Shown here one piece after another: positions 1-13,721 of a stretch of 64,000 nucleotides of DNA. Under the pieces are notes generated by a model. The model saw only the letters and a list, made by a program, of their open reading frames with translations, did not search any database and was not told the DNA's origin. This stretch comes from Dimorphilus gyrociliatus. Lineage: Eukaryota > Animalia > Annelida. Both the position numbers and the translations under genes were made by a program. The DNA lies in NCBI GenBank assembly GCA_904063045.1, contig CAJFCJ010000006.1, positions 5,038,408 to 5,102,407 of the forward strand, read 5' to 3'. Positions within the stretch are counted from its first letter, which is position 1. The number at the start of each line of letters is the position of its first letter.

Positions 1-783
1 TTGCCAATGGAAACTCTAGACAGGCTCCTAAAAATAGCCTTTAGACTGGTTCTAAAAAATATTAATATTTTCTTTGACATAAAAGTAGGTCTTGCGTTTG
101 ACCTTAATAAGAGTTCAAAATTCAAGTTGATCTACTTGAAAACGTACTATTTTTTTTATAGAATAGGCCCTTGTTACTATAACTATATACAGTTTAAAAG
201 AAAGTATGATAATTTTTGTATAATTATTCAATTCCTTATATTCTTTATGATAAATTATTTATCTATTGCAATGGTGATAAGAGAACATTCTTTAATTTTT
301 TATACATACAATAATATAACTATATCATTTTAATAGAGGGTAGAATAGAATAGTCTGCAATTTACATGAATATCGTAAAATGGTTGAAAAAGTTGGAAAT
401 ATTGTTTTATTTACCAAATTAAAATAACAAAGAAGTGGAAAGGTAGTTTTTTTTATTGTGTAGCAATAGGACCACGTTTAGATTCTATATTATCTTTGAA
501 AGTTGTTTTTGTCCAAGTTGTTGTCATATATTAAATGTTGAACAGGTAGTTAAAATACTTTACTAGTTGATTAATTATTTAGGTTTGATACGTCTTCACG
601 AAATGGTCCTATACTTTACCTATCGATGTAAGTTTTTAATATCCTTATACCGCGTATTTTATTTAATTCTGTGTTTCAATTTTCAAATGTTTCTTTAAAT
701 TCGCTATTCTTAAAACAGATCAAAACTATTACATATTAGTTGGTTTGACTGCTGTGATACTGTTAATTGGTGCAAATTATAAT

Positions 784-2473
784 ATGGCAGTAAATAAATC
801 AAATACTGTATGTAATATTCAAACTATATATGCTGACATTGTCGCTTTAAATATTATATATTAATTTATTTACAAATAAAGGATTCAAATGTTTACGTTT
901 ACGAAAGTAGTAGTTTTATCGAATATTCAAGCAATTGGTCTGTTTCATCGTTCAGTAAGGTTAGTATTAAATGATAAAATTAATAATATAAGTATCTTAA
1001 TGATTACAGTAATTCTTATCTTTATTAATAGTTTGATGAACTACTAAGGTCAAGATGGGAAGAAAGAATGAAAGTAAATTGTTTCAAATATTCGTGGAAG
1101 AAGATAAAAACAAAGGTTTTGGGTGGAAAATATCATTTTGTCATTCAAGTTAGACTATTTAGCTTATTATATTTGAAAATATTACATCAATGAATGTTTT
1201 ATTATAGCTGAATCCCGATAGAGCAAATAAAAGAAAGGCGACTGTAACGGGTGTTTCTATGCCCTTCGATACATCGAAATTTCATTTTGGTAAAGTTCTT
1301 TCCAGTTGCGAAGTAATGTTTGAAATGTATTCGATAGAGAATGATAAACATTTCTTACAAACTAAATATCCTTATGCAATAAATGAGCTAAACGAGTTAA
1401 GCGTATCGCAATCGCCAGTAAATAATTAACTAATAACTCATTAATTATTTTATTTAATAAACGGTTTTGAATAGAGTCCAGCAGATAAACACTACCTCAT
1501 TATCAATGTTAATCCTTTCGATTTTGGACACTTTTTAATAGTACCTAATCTGCATATGAACTTTCCACAAAGGTTATCAATTACCGGAGCAAGAATGGGA
1601 ATTGAAACAATATTAATGACGAATAGCCCGTAAGTATAATTAAGTATGAACAATATTAATATTTAAGATATTTATAGTATATTTTGTTTGTATTTGCAGG
1701 GCATTCAGAGTTGGATTCAACAGTTTAGGTGCGGTTGCTTCAGTGAACCATCAACATTTACATGGATGGTATTTAAATCATCCATTATATATTGAAACAG
1801 CTGTAAATACTTTCATAGATTGTTGTTTACTTATTTTGTGTATATATTTAAAAAGTGAAAAGAAACCTAAGGTAGACTTTAGATAAATATTGTTTGTATG
1901 TTTATCAACAGAGAGGTAGGAAGATAAGTAAAAACATCTTTGAAATTGTTGACGCGCCTATACCGGCTATAGCCCTTCAGAAGAAAGATTTAGATGTGAT
2001 GAAACTTGCAATGTTGGTGTTGATATTCTTCTTTTTAGATATATAGCTAAGAATATATCTATTTATTTATTTATTGTAGCTTAGTTCATTCCATAACTGA
2101 ATACCTTTACACAAATGAAATTGCTCACAATTTACTCATGACAAGAGGAACTAATTTTGAATCTGATGAGGATGATAGGCGAATAATTCGAATAATAATT
2201 TGGCCTAGGAAAAGTACATTTCATAGCACAACAACTGCAATGCCTAAATTCTATGCAGCTCTCCTAGAATTTGCAGGACAAATACCAGTTTATAGTAATA
2301 TTAATAATTTAATATAACATACAAATTAATTGATTATTTTTAACACAATAGATACAGAAAGTTTTGAAGATATAACAGAAGAGGAGATTATCTCTGGCCT
2401 TCAAGAGTATTCTTTGACTGGAGAAAAATGGAATACAGTTATAGAGGATATAGTAAAATTTGACACATTCTGA
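784..2473 (+). CDS. GDPGP1: GDP-D-glucose phosphorylase 1 (HIT family), multi-exon
   Basis: Spliced exons give [16 protein letters not shown]|[61 protein letters not shown] (HIT motif), [11 protein letters not shown] and [13 protein letters not shown]. The start at 784 is inferred from a short first exon with GT-AG intron 808-881. Confidence 0.92.
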
Positions 2474-3338
2474 AAAAATATTTAACAGAGAGAGGCATTC
2501 TATCACGTTTTCAGCTAAAAAACCTAATCAATTTTGCTAAAATACAATAATTAACTATCTAAATACAAAACAGCACTTGGATTTTGTAATCTATCACTCT
2601 TTGACGTAGATGTTGTATATATCGATAGAAAAATTAAAGGCAGTTCAATCAATAAGATATTAAATCTAAATTTAAGCTTTAACTACTATAATAGGAAGCA
2701 TTGATATATAGAATTAATACTAATTGGCGATAATTAAAGATCTTAATAAATTATTATGTTTCTCAATGTCGCAAAATGATGCGTATATGAGAAAAGATCG
2801 AAAAAATAAGAAATATCTTGTTAAAGCAATATAATGTATATATATAGTATATTTATATATATCATCACTTAATATAATATAAAAAACAACACTTATTTGC
2901 TTTTCGTTTTTGTTATTATACGACTCTCTACAATTTTACTGTTCGATATAACTCTATACAGTATAAAATTTATATATAATATAATGAATATCCAGAATAT
3001 GTACGATATATTGTAATTTTATGCTACGAACAATGAAATTTCAAATCAATATCTAAAATGAATGCGGGTTCACAACATGAATTAAATTTTCGTTTAATTT
3101 AAAGAAAAAGAGATGTTTTTATTCGCTTTTTCCATCTCTGTCTTTTCTCTCTCTATTCATATACTTTTTTATATTATTTGGAATACTTTAGTGTATCGGA
3201 TAATGTTGAAAAAGAAAATATAATATCTCTTTATGTTACAGTTTGCATTGCTTTACAAATTATTAATGAAGAATAGTTTATATATTGAAATGTATTCAAG
3301 TTAGTTGTGATACTATATGTATTATAATTAATTTTTCA

Positions 3339-3362
3339 AGAGAGAGAGAGAGAGAGAGAGAG
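3339..3362. repeat. (AG)12 microsatellite
   Basis: Perfect dinucleotide run. Confidence 0.95.
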
Positions 3363-4114
3363 GAAAAGAGATAGAGGGAGGTGAGTGACAGAGAAAGCAT
3401 AGTTTTTAATTAGATCTGAGGCCGTTGTGTGTCGTCGTTGCAGCTGTGAAACATGTTCTATTTTTATTTTATATGCAGGTATTTAACTGGAACGAGCTCT
3501 TCCCACAAAGTTTCCGTTTTTCCATTCTGTAAGGACTACTCCGAGTAAAACAGCAATTACAATAGAAAGATAATTCAATACAAAAGGATACTCGCTTTAA
3601 CCTGAATAGTAGTCAGAGGACAAAACTACAACAAAGGCAGAAAAAAGAGAAGAATAATAATAATCTTTCTAGTATAACAGTAATGAAAATAATAATGTTC
3701 TGATAAATAAAAAGAACAGTACTTTTATATAATTTCAACGAAGTAATTAATTAATTGATGATTTGGGTTCGTTATTAATAAACAAAAAGAAACGATTTTT
3801 TAACAGTTGAAGCGAAAAAACAAGAAATAAAGAAATTGATTAAAATGAAAAGGTAAAAGAAGACAATTGAAAATTGGAACAATGATGAAAAAAAATTAAA
3901 AAAAGAGAAAAGGAGAAATTGAAAAGATAAGAAGAAAAATTTTTTTCTTTTTTATATTAAAAAGGAGCTTCCTTTATTGGATAATGTATTAAATAATTAA
4001 ATAAGCAATATTTCATAGTGCAAATGGTAATTAAAATAACCTAGAAATTGCAATTGATATATATTATCTGTTATTCAACAAAAAATCTGTCATTTTTTCA
4101 TGTAGCTTGACAAG

Positions 4115-7100
4115 ATGAAAATGAAAGTTGAAAAAGGATTATTTCCGTTAATAATCTTTATTCCTCTCGTACTCTCTACAAATTTAAAACTAGGTGAGTA
4201 AAGACGAAAGGATTTATACATTGATAGTTTCTCTATCATATATCAAGAGAGGAAAAGAGGGTGTAATTTTCTTCTCTCTTTCTTCCTTGTAAGTAGGTAT
4301 ATCTTGTATAGATAATATTCTATTCTTCTATATACAAGCATATTAAAAGACAAGAATGGTTAACACCTTTTGAAATATCTTTAGCGGATTAAGTTATTTT
4401 AATTAAAAATAGATTCAAATCCTTTGATTAGAAGGTTTTTTCCTGTAATCACTCAACGTTATAGATATAATATCAAAGGCTTCCTTGTCCTATAGCTTTT
4501 CCTGTCGTAGTTTGATCCTTAGCCAATCTGGCCTGCGTAATTATAATAATTTGAATAATGTACACTTATCCATTTGCTTGCGTTGACTATAGTGTAAACA
4601 GTAGTACATACTCATTCATATACACACAAATATACAGTATATACTGTATATTTTATAAACGTTTACACCACACGAATGAACATATTGATTTGAATAAAGA
4701 AAAAGATAACTAAATTTTATATATGGTAAATGTAAAAGTATACAAAGTATGTGCATTTAAACATTCATTGAGCTATAGTAATTATATAAAAGTTATAAGC
4801 AATTTATCCGTTTTCATATATGAGTAATATTTAATCAATTTTTCTATATTAATTTTTATTCGTTAAGTAACTTCAAAGGAGTTAAATACATAATTAAGTA
4901 TTACTTACTACAGATATTAGTGGAGATACCGAAGAAAGGGAATTGTTAATAAGAAATATACTAAAAAATGTATCCGAATATACAAATACTAGCTGTTTGG
5001 ATGTTTCTTATAGAACTTTTGAAGATGCATTCCAGTTTTTGGAGACGGGATGTAGTTCGTTAAGAGATGGATCAGCAATATTCTTATCACATGCATATTC
5101 TTGCGCAAACCATGAAATATTCCTAAGCTTTGCAAAGTATTTGAATATTCCATTTATATCTTTACCCTCAAAATGTGATGAGATAGCCTGGACAAAGATT
5201 ACTTTCGGTTTAATAGATTATCTAAACAGCTCTGAGATTATTGTTATATACGATAAGAGTGCCGGTAACTATACATTTACATTAACAAAAATTATAGAGA
5301 GTTTACAATAAGACTTTAATAATCTCTTTCAAATTGATAGAGTCTCATTGGAAATTACAAGTATTCCTCTCTCAGGCTGCTCGAGAAAAGGTCTCTTTAT
5401 CATTATTGAGTATCAACGAAAAACTATCAAACATTGACGATATTCTAAGCAGTAGCTATATGGAACCGCAAATGGCAATTCCCTATATTCTTCTATGTAA
5501 TTTTAATTCAACGAAAATTCTGTTACAAAAGGTAATCGAGATATTATACAAATAATATATAAAGTTACGGCTATTCCATAAAGTGTAAACTCGAATATTA
5601 TTGATTTTTCATCAGATACGAATACCATAAATAACAAATTAATTTACTCAAACTAATACTTATATATTATATATAAAGAAATAGGAAAGCTTGTTGATTA
5701 CATCTCGATTAGAAGAAATATTACCTGATACTTAGGTTATAAATATATTTATTTAAGATAAATTTTCCTTGAAATTAGGTTCATCAAAAAAAAATGAGCA
5801 GATTGGAATATAAGTGGATTATTCACGGTGATGATATTACAATAGAATCCATAACTCCCCTGCTAAGAGATGAAATTAATGTTGCTGTATTAACTGTAAA
5901 TACAGGATTGTCAGATTTTTCACTAATTAAAGTAAATATTAAGTAGTTTATATTTGATAAGAAGGATTTTCTAAGAAGAAATTTTCACATTTAAGGCCTA
6001 CATCAACGCAACAATAGCTACATCTAATGAACTTTGCAGTATTTTACCGACAGTTTCAAAAATTGACTCAGACGAATGTGTATCACCTTTGACACTTGAT
6101 ACAAGACGCTTGATAAATGCAACACTACACAAGGTATGCATTTAGCATAGGATGCAACTATTTACCAATAGATATCTAATTTAAAGTTAATCATTAGAAT
6201 ATGGAAATCTTCAAGAACGATCTCTCTTTAAAATGGGTTATTCATAGTTCAGTTTCTCATTTGAACGGAAAGCCTAGTATGATTGAAACTGGTAATTATT
6301 CAAACGGTCAGTTGAATCTCTACAGAGATCATTTATATCCGAACGATCATTCTGGATTAAATGGGAGACGTTTTTTAGTTACCAGTCTGCCAGTAAGGAT
6401 ATATAAATGATATTTTTCGGTAAATGTTATACTCAGTCTTTTATTCTCTTTTTAGTATTCCTTTTTCCAAAAAAAAACTGTTATTGGTAATTTAACAATC
6501 TGGGAAGGCTTAACGTTTGACATTTTGAATCAATTGGCGCAAGATCTAAATTTTACCTACGATGTCATTGAGCCAGCTGATGGAAATTGGGGTATCGACA
6601 TTGGAAATGGATCTTGGAATGGTATGATGGGTCAAGTTATAAGAGGAGAAGTAGATTTTGCCTCGGCGTCATTCTCAATTACAGCTGCTCGTCAATTTGT
6701 AGGCGATTTTGCAGCTCCATATTTTCGAGATCAGTCAGTTATAATTATGAAATTACCTGAGGGAAATGATAAACTCCGATTATATTTAAAGCCATTCAGG
6801 CCAGAAGTATGGTAAGAATACATTGTCTTTTTCATATTAAAAGAAATCAACTATTTTCTCATTTTATTAGGCTTAGTTTAGTTTCGGCAGTCCTGATAAC
6901 CGGAGTTTTCTTTTGGCTAATATCAGCTTACAATCCTTACTATAAAGAACGCCATTCGAAGATAAAAAAAAAAGAATCCTTTTTCTACGGTCCCACTGCT
7001 CTGTTGTATGTTTATGGATATATTCTTCAACAAGGTAGCGACCATATGCCAAAATCTTCATCAGGAAGATTTCTAATAGGATGCTTTTGGTTTTTCAGGT

Positions 7101-8020
7101 AGTAAATAGCTACTATTTTATTTAATTAATTTTAATAATAGACGTCATTTGAATATTGCAGCTTGGTTATTGCCGCAACATATACAGGAAATTTAATTGC
7201 TTTTCTAGCCATCAGTACTGTTGATTTGCCATTTAATAGTCTTGAAGAGCTTGTTCAACAAGACGCTATGTCATACGGACCAGCTAGGGCTGTGGCTCTT
7301 GTAATGTTGTTTAGGGTAAATGTAACAGAGGAGTTAAATTAAATGTTTAATAATCCAAATCTTACGAATTTCAGGATTCAAAGCTATATCCATACACAGA
7401 GGTTGCAAAAACAATGACTGAAGTTAAAAATTACGAGATAGCAATGAAACAGGTTAGAACTGGAAAATTTGCCTTTATTGCTGAAAAATCCTACTATGCG
7501 GCTGTATCCGCTGATGATTGTGATTTGGTAATGGCTAGACAGGAATTTTATCCCACAGATTATGGGTGGTTTTTTCCTAAAGGGACGCCTTATATAAAAA
7601 AGTTTAATGATAGGTAATCAAAAAACATTCTCTCGATAGTATATTATTTATTACATCAGTATCTTGAAATAGTCTCTTATTAGATATGAATAGATCTTAA
7701 TTTTTGGTTTTAAATATTTATGCTCTAGGATAACAAAAATGAGAGAAGGTGGTCTGTTAAACAAGTGGATGAAGAATAGAATACCTAAAAATTTACAATG
7801 TAAGGGGCTAGGACCAGTAACGAAGGCTAAAGTGGCAACTCTGGAAGATTTTCAAGGAGTCTTCTACGTATTTTTAGGAGGAGTTGTTTTAGCATCATTG
7901 GTTCTTTCAATAGAAATATTAATAACTTTAAAGCAAAGAAGGTTTTTCAGCAAAAATTTTTTGAAAAGAAAAGAAAGAATATCTAACACGACAAACGGAA
8001 TTGAGCAGTGTAATAAGTGA
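4115..8020 (+). CDS. Ionotropic receptor (variant iGluR) with signal peptide and a divergent N-terminal domain, multi-exon
   Basis: Signal-peptide exon 4115-4193 splices in phase to 4914. S1 reads YDVIEPADGNWG..GSWNGMMGQV..SFSITAARQFVGDF. Pore reads GYILQQG; M3 reads ATYTGNLIAFL; S2 reads AFIAEKS..YGWFFPKG; M4 reads FQGVFYVFLGG. All junctions checked are GT-AG and keep frame. Confidence 0.9.
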
Positions 8021-8531
8021 ACATCTATATACGAAAATGATGCACTATCTATAAATGCTATCATAGAAGCTATAATCGTGTATAGTTTTGTAAAAATGAA
8101 ATTTTTATTTGAAAATAGACAAATTCACAGCCATTGCCTAAAGTTTGATTACTATTACCTATCTGACTAAAGATAGAAGCGGAGGAACTACTAAGTGATA
8201 GATTAATTAAGCAGCCTAAACAAGATAAGGAGATCAGGATTAAAGACTCTGAGAAATGAATGGTAAAGATATTCAGAAAGGTATAGACCACAATCTTAGT
8301 ATTTACAACTATTTATGTACAGTAATATTTATCACCAGTAATAATTTCTATGTTATTTGTATAAAACGCTCCATACGCATCTGAATACTTGTCTATATAT
8401 ACTGTATACATCATAAATAATGCTACAATCACTATGCTATGTTTTTAATTTTGAAAACTGTAAATTTATTAAAGAAACGCTTTAATGCGTTAACAAATAT
8501 ATACTTGAATCGATATATGTGTATATTACTT

Positions 8532-9849
8532 CTATTCATCATGATCTTCAGCTGTGTTTCCTGGGCAATTTTCCAGCATGTCATCGTCGTCTTTATGATG
8601 TAAAAGGAAAACAAAAAAATTATGAAAATTTAATGACTATGGATAGGCTTTTATAGTATATAAAACATTTTTTATAGCTTACCATTAAAAGATGTTCCAC
8701 ACCATATACAATATATGTACTTACTGCGTAAGTAGTCAGTAAGGTCTGCTAACTGTTCCTCTGGCTTTTAAATGAAATTATAAAGATGTTTTAATTTTGT
8801 TTAAATGATATAAATCTATATTTTCTGGGAGGGGGGGGGAATTTGTTCTTTTTCTTACCTCTGGTAGATCTTCTTCCTCTTCAGCTTCATCGTTATCTTC
8901 TGCTTCGTTTCCTTGATCTTCAGAGAGCTTTGGCCAGAAGAATGATTTATGCGGTTGAGTAATTTGCTATTTAGAGAAAAAGAAGCAGTTACATTAGAAT
9001 AAAATTTTTGTATAAATCAATTACAAAAAATTAGAAATATACCATATTAGAATCCAATTGCTCGCAAACCTTTTGACTTTTCCTAACATAGCCCATAGTT
9101 TTTTTGTCTCTTAAAAGCTTTGACTGATGAGAACGAAAGTTTTCCCGTGAACGCTCTTCTAACTTAATTCTTTTTTCATCAATAATTGATCTTAATTGGT
9201 TGGTTTTATCAGTTTTACGCTTAATTTCAGTATCATGACCTAATCCAGTTCTATTACTTTTTAATGATATGGGAACAGGTTCAAGGCGACCTTTACCTAA
9301 AATATTTATTGAGTTAATAAACAAGAAATGAATTAGAAAGAGATGGTTTTAATAATATAGGATAATTATCTACCGTCTTTTCCAATGCTCATGCCTGGTT
9401 TATATCCCATTTTGGATAATAGTGAAAAACCTTTATTATTCGAGCTTAATGTTTTATTTAAAGCTTTCTCTCTTTCTTCTTTTTCCATAACATGTCTTGG
9501 TTTAGTTCTATGGGTAGTTAAAGCAGAAATTTTAGCATAATAATTAAAGATCTCCAAAAGATCCTAGTTATAATATTTGATTACCTATTTTTGATATCAA
9601 CTTCTTTCTTCTTAGCATCTTGTTTGTAGAGTCTAGCAACGCTTTTGGGTACTAACCCAGGACGAATATCATCTTTTTCTGCACTGAAACAGAATTGAGT
9701 ATTCTAATTAAACACAATTTCGCTATTTTACACGGTGTACGAAATTAATAAGCCTATCGAAAAGAGCACAATCTTAAAAAAATAATACTGTACATTTTTA
9801 AAAAAGCGTCGGACATATAATCATCTTCCTCGTCATTATCTACACTCAT
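8532..9849 (-). CDS. GPATCH11: G-patch domain-containing protein 11 (CCDC75)
   Basis: MSVDNDEEDDYMSDAFL, DDIRPGL, G-patch SNNKGFSLLSKMGYKPGMSIGK..GRLEPVPISLKSNRTGLG, SQKVCEQLD, DYLRSKYIYCIWCG and CPGNTAEDHDE*. Confidence 0.93.
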
Positions 9850-12256
9850 TATAGATATAACTGATGAAGATGGGACCACTGTTTTGATTAAAATATTTCC
9901 TTCATTCTTGTCAATAATTATAGAACTACAAAAGTTTAAAATAGGCCCTTATTATCACTCAAAGAATAGAATACTTTTCGCTTAGGAATACTCGGACTGA
10001 TTTTTCGTTAGCGCCTTTAGCCTAAATAAACTTCAAATAGACAATATATTACAGCTATAGAATTAAGGAGATTATGACAAATTATTTCAAAATTATGATT
10101 TTTTTCAATATTCGTCAAAAAGTTTCACTTCCGGAATAATGGTTGAATATATTCTACGCATTACTATACAGTATTTATTTTATTGATACTGTTATAACAG
10201 AAACATTTCATTTAATAAAAACATTTTCTATACTTTTAAATTAGTTTTGTTTAATTAAAAACTATATTTAAACATTTATAATTAATAGAAAAAAGTACTT
10301 GAAATTGAATATTGAATGTTCTGTACAAAAGATAAAATTATTCAGGTTTATTTAAAGACTATCTTTTAATAAAAGAAGAAATAAGATTCTGACGCAAGTT
10401 CGGTGTATTTCAACGAATCAACTGTTTACATAAAAAAAGCCTTAAAGTCCTTTATCTCTTTTTAAAAGAGACATATAGAGAAGAGTTTTAAAATAGTACA
10501 CTTGTTCAACGATGGAAGTATTGTTTAATATATTAAGTCGAAAAAATAGGTTAAATTATATAAAACAAGAGAAAAAAATAACAATTTTATATAAAACGTA
10601 AAAATTAGAGATGAATTGATAGCAGACACACACAATTAGACAATGTATTGGCTTGAATGGATTTCCTTAGATAAGCTTTAAATTATAATATTTGACGTAT
10701 GAGTTTTGAATGACTAGTATAGGCACGCTTTGTTAATATTTCCCTTATAGATTACGACATTCTGTTGCTATATTTTGCCACATAATCAATTCGTTAAGGT
10801 ATAAAAACGTAAAGTACTAGAGATTTATCGGCCAATTATTTATACAAGTTCACCCAGTGTTCGTGTCTGCAGGTCCTATTCATCAAATATACATTTAAAG
10901 AAAAAAAAGAAAGGAAAAAGCTCTTCATTGGTCAACTTTCTTAGTGTTTTCTCATTTTTATCAATCGTTCTCGTAAACGAGGTGATATAGGTTTTGAAGA
11001 AATATACAGTATATACGGGAAGAATAGATCATGAGAATTTTTGAATATCTTAGATATTTGATAAGGCAAGGTAAAAATCCATTCTCGGGAATTGCGCTTT
11101 CTTTGAGGAGAATATTTAAATTGTTTTGTTTCTGATGGGAGAGAGGATACGATAGTGAAAAAGAGAAGAAAATTATGAAGATAGAAAATGACATATCATT
11201 AAAGGCAGTAGTAGATGATAAAAATAGAAAGGAACAACATACCCTTATTTGTAGCTCTTTAATATAAATCAATTATTTGAAATTCGTTTATCTACTTTTT
11301 ATTCTGTTATCATTGATTCTACGTATACTGATAGTGTACAGTGTGTATCTTGCTTGTTTTCTTAAACTAAAAAACGTTAATAAAACTTTTTCTACAATGA
11401 ATATACATGTGAAACAAAATGAAAAGAAACGAAAAAGGTCCATTATCCTTTGTTACTTTCTTCATGACCTTACATGACCTTTAATACAATTTTTTTTTAA
11501 ATTATTCACGAAAGAAATTGAAAAATGACTTGTTTTCTCATACATAATTAGAACATATATTTTTCCTTTAGTTAGTGTAGAAAACGCCCTCGATATCAAA
11601 GGAAAAATATGTAAAAAATTCATTAAAATTGACATAGAATTTTATTTCTCTTAACCTAGCAAATACTTTATACACATATATATTATAATATATACTAGAC
11701 TTTAGTGCCATCTAGTAATCCAATAGTTCTGCTTTTTTGAAAAGACTATAAAGAAGAAAAAAGTGAAATGAAGAAATCTAAAGTCAAGTTTTAGTGGACA
11801 TTTAGAAAACCTTTACCATAAATAATTAGTAGTATAAATCAAAAAACAAAAGAAAAGAAAGAAAGAGGAAATAAGAAAATATAGAGATAAATAAAAAAAT
11901 GGAAATCTTAATCATTTAAAGTTTTTTAGAGTCTAAAAGTACTCTTCAATGCTCGCTAATTATTTCAGAAGATCGATGAAATATGAATTAATTTAAAACA
12001 GTTGCTTTTGTGTTTATTGTTGATTACGAAATAAAAGTTTGTCATGCGTATGAAAAACAATTAAATCTCTAAAGAGCTTTGAAGTTGAGATCGCGTTTAT
12101 ATATTTCAACATTAGAAGTACCTGAGGCCATTTAATTATTGTATAAATGGTTAGGTAATTAATCCTATACACATTATTTAAAAGGAGGGAGATTAGAGAA
12201 GCAGAAATTGCGTAGAAATTAATCCGACAATAGCAGTTGGCACTCAAACTCCAAAC

Positions 12257-13063
12257 ATGCCTCAAGTACGTGGCAATACAACTTGGCTAACGAATCCTCG
12301 AGTGATCCAACAACCTAAAATGAAACCTGTGAGAATCGATCAGAGCTCTCAAAAGATTGAGAATGGTCGAATGGACGATAATTTAAGAGAAGAATTGAGT
12401 AATCTTCACATGGCACAACACAGGTCATTTGCTGATCGAAATTGGATGATAAAAGAAGTTCGAGGAGACGTTGAAGAAATGCATAGGATTAAACGGGAAT
12501 CTCGAAATTGTAAGAGTGCAATAAGGTCTCTAACTGCAGGAACGACTAGAGGAAACTCTCAATCACCGAATAATAGTTCTAAATTAAACTCTTGGGTTCA
12601 CATAGATGATGATGAAGATGACTACGTCGAAATGAATAAAGAAGTTTATAGGCCAAAAACAAGTAAACGAGTAAAAAGAGTTAGTCCAACAAGGAGAGCA
12701 AGAACAGCTTTGGAATTGAAAAGGGACGAGGCAAAAATGAAGGAGCAATTAGCTTCTGAACAGAGAACGCAAACTGCGTTAGGTTTCGAAAGAGATTTAG
12801 AGAAGCAATCTTTTCAAGAGTTATGTTTTAATGGTAAAGGGCGGAAGCTATGCGATGACGAAGCAGATATGAGAAGAATGGCTATTAGAAATGCAAGAAA
12901 ACGAATGCTTTTAGCTGATGAGGATAGGCTGAAAGGAAAAATTCGTCAATTTTATCAAGATTTAGAAAAACTACAGCTCAATCCTCAATCAAGAACAAAT
13001 TCAACATCGCATTCTTTTCTATTGCCCAAAAGACAATACAAATCTTGCTTTAGAATCTTTTGA
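12257..13063 (+). CDS. Intronless hypothetical protein, charged and probably coiled-coil (268 aa)
   Basis: An 807-nt open frame is very unlikely by chance in this AT-rich DNA; GC is higher than the flanks; start context is CAAACATG. No family recognised. Confidence 0.7.
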   Translation: MPQVRGNTTWLTNPRVIQQPKMKPVRIDQSSQKIENGRMDDNLREELSNLHMAQHRSFADRNWMIKEVRGDVEEMHRIKRESRNCKSAIRSLTAGTTRGNSQSPNNSSKLNSWVHIDDDEDDYVEMNKEVYRPKTSKRVKRVSPTRRARTALELKRDEAKMKEQLASEQRTQTALGFERDLEKQSFQELCFNGKGRKLCDDEADMRRMAIRNARKRMLLADEDRLKGKIRQFYQDLEKLQLNPQSRTNSTSHSFLLPKRQYKSCFRIF

Positions 13064-13721
13064 CCAATTATTTCCAAAAAATAAAGGAAAAGGTAAATTA
13101 AGTATCTTAAAAAAAGGTGGATTAAAGCAGTACATGCAATAGGATTAAACGGTTACTTAGGATTAATAATAATATTTCCTTTTTAAATTTAAACTAAATA
13201 AAGATAATGCTTAAGACGTAATATCTTTTAAAGAAGTTTCTATAAGCGTTTCTTGTTTTATCTTCTTATTTATATTCTTCTAAAATGAGAATGCAAAAAA
13301 AAAACAAAACAAACAAAAAGGCTAAAACGTAAAATAAAAGACTGAAATGTTTATCATTGTTAAATATTACCGAAAGTATTATAATTCTCTATATTAAACG
13401 ATGAATTGAATATAGATTATTAATAAATTTTCAACGTTTTTCATGCAAAATTCGTAATAATATTCTTTCGTATAATACAAATACTTATATTATATAATAT
13501 ATCGACATTTATACAATATTGTATATACAAAAATAAATGTATCATATTCTAATACATATTTGTATTAATAGTTTAGTGGAATATTCTATTCAGTTTGTTG
13601 TTTTGTATGGGTAAACTGGTAGTCTATGCCATGCAACATTAATTTTGAAAAATTCTATAGCAAAATGAAAGTAAAAATAGAATGCTAAGCGAAGAGATCA
13701 AAATGTATCAATTTTGAAATA

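Noticed and set aside
1-333. 110-aa ORF at the window start
   Set aside because: Low-complexity F/I/Y/K composition typical of AT-rich non-coding DNA. A faint KNINIF..DLN..YLK likeness to a Tc1 C-terminus is too weak to call.
1745-1765. HQHLH instead of HLHLH in the GDPGP1 HIT motif
   Set aside because: The His residues are intact; ordinary ortholog variation.
10961-11477. ORFs 10961-11272 and 11277-11477
   Set aside because: No motifs, composition biased by AT content, no coherent exon chain.
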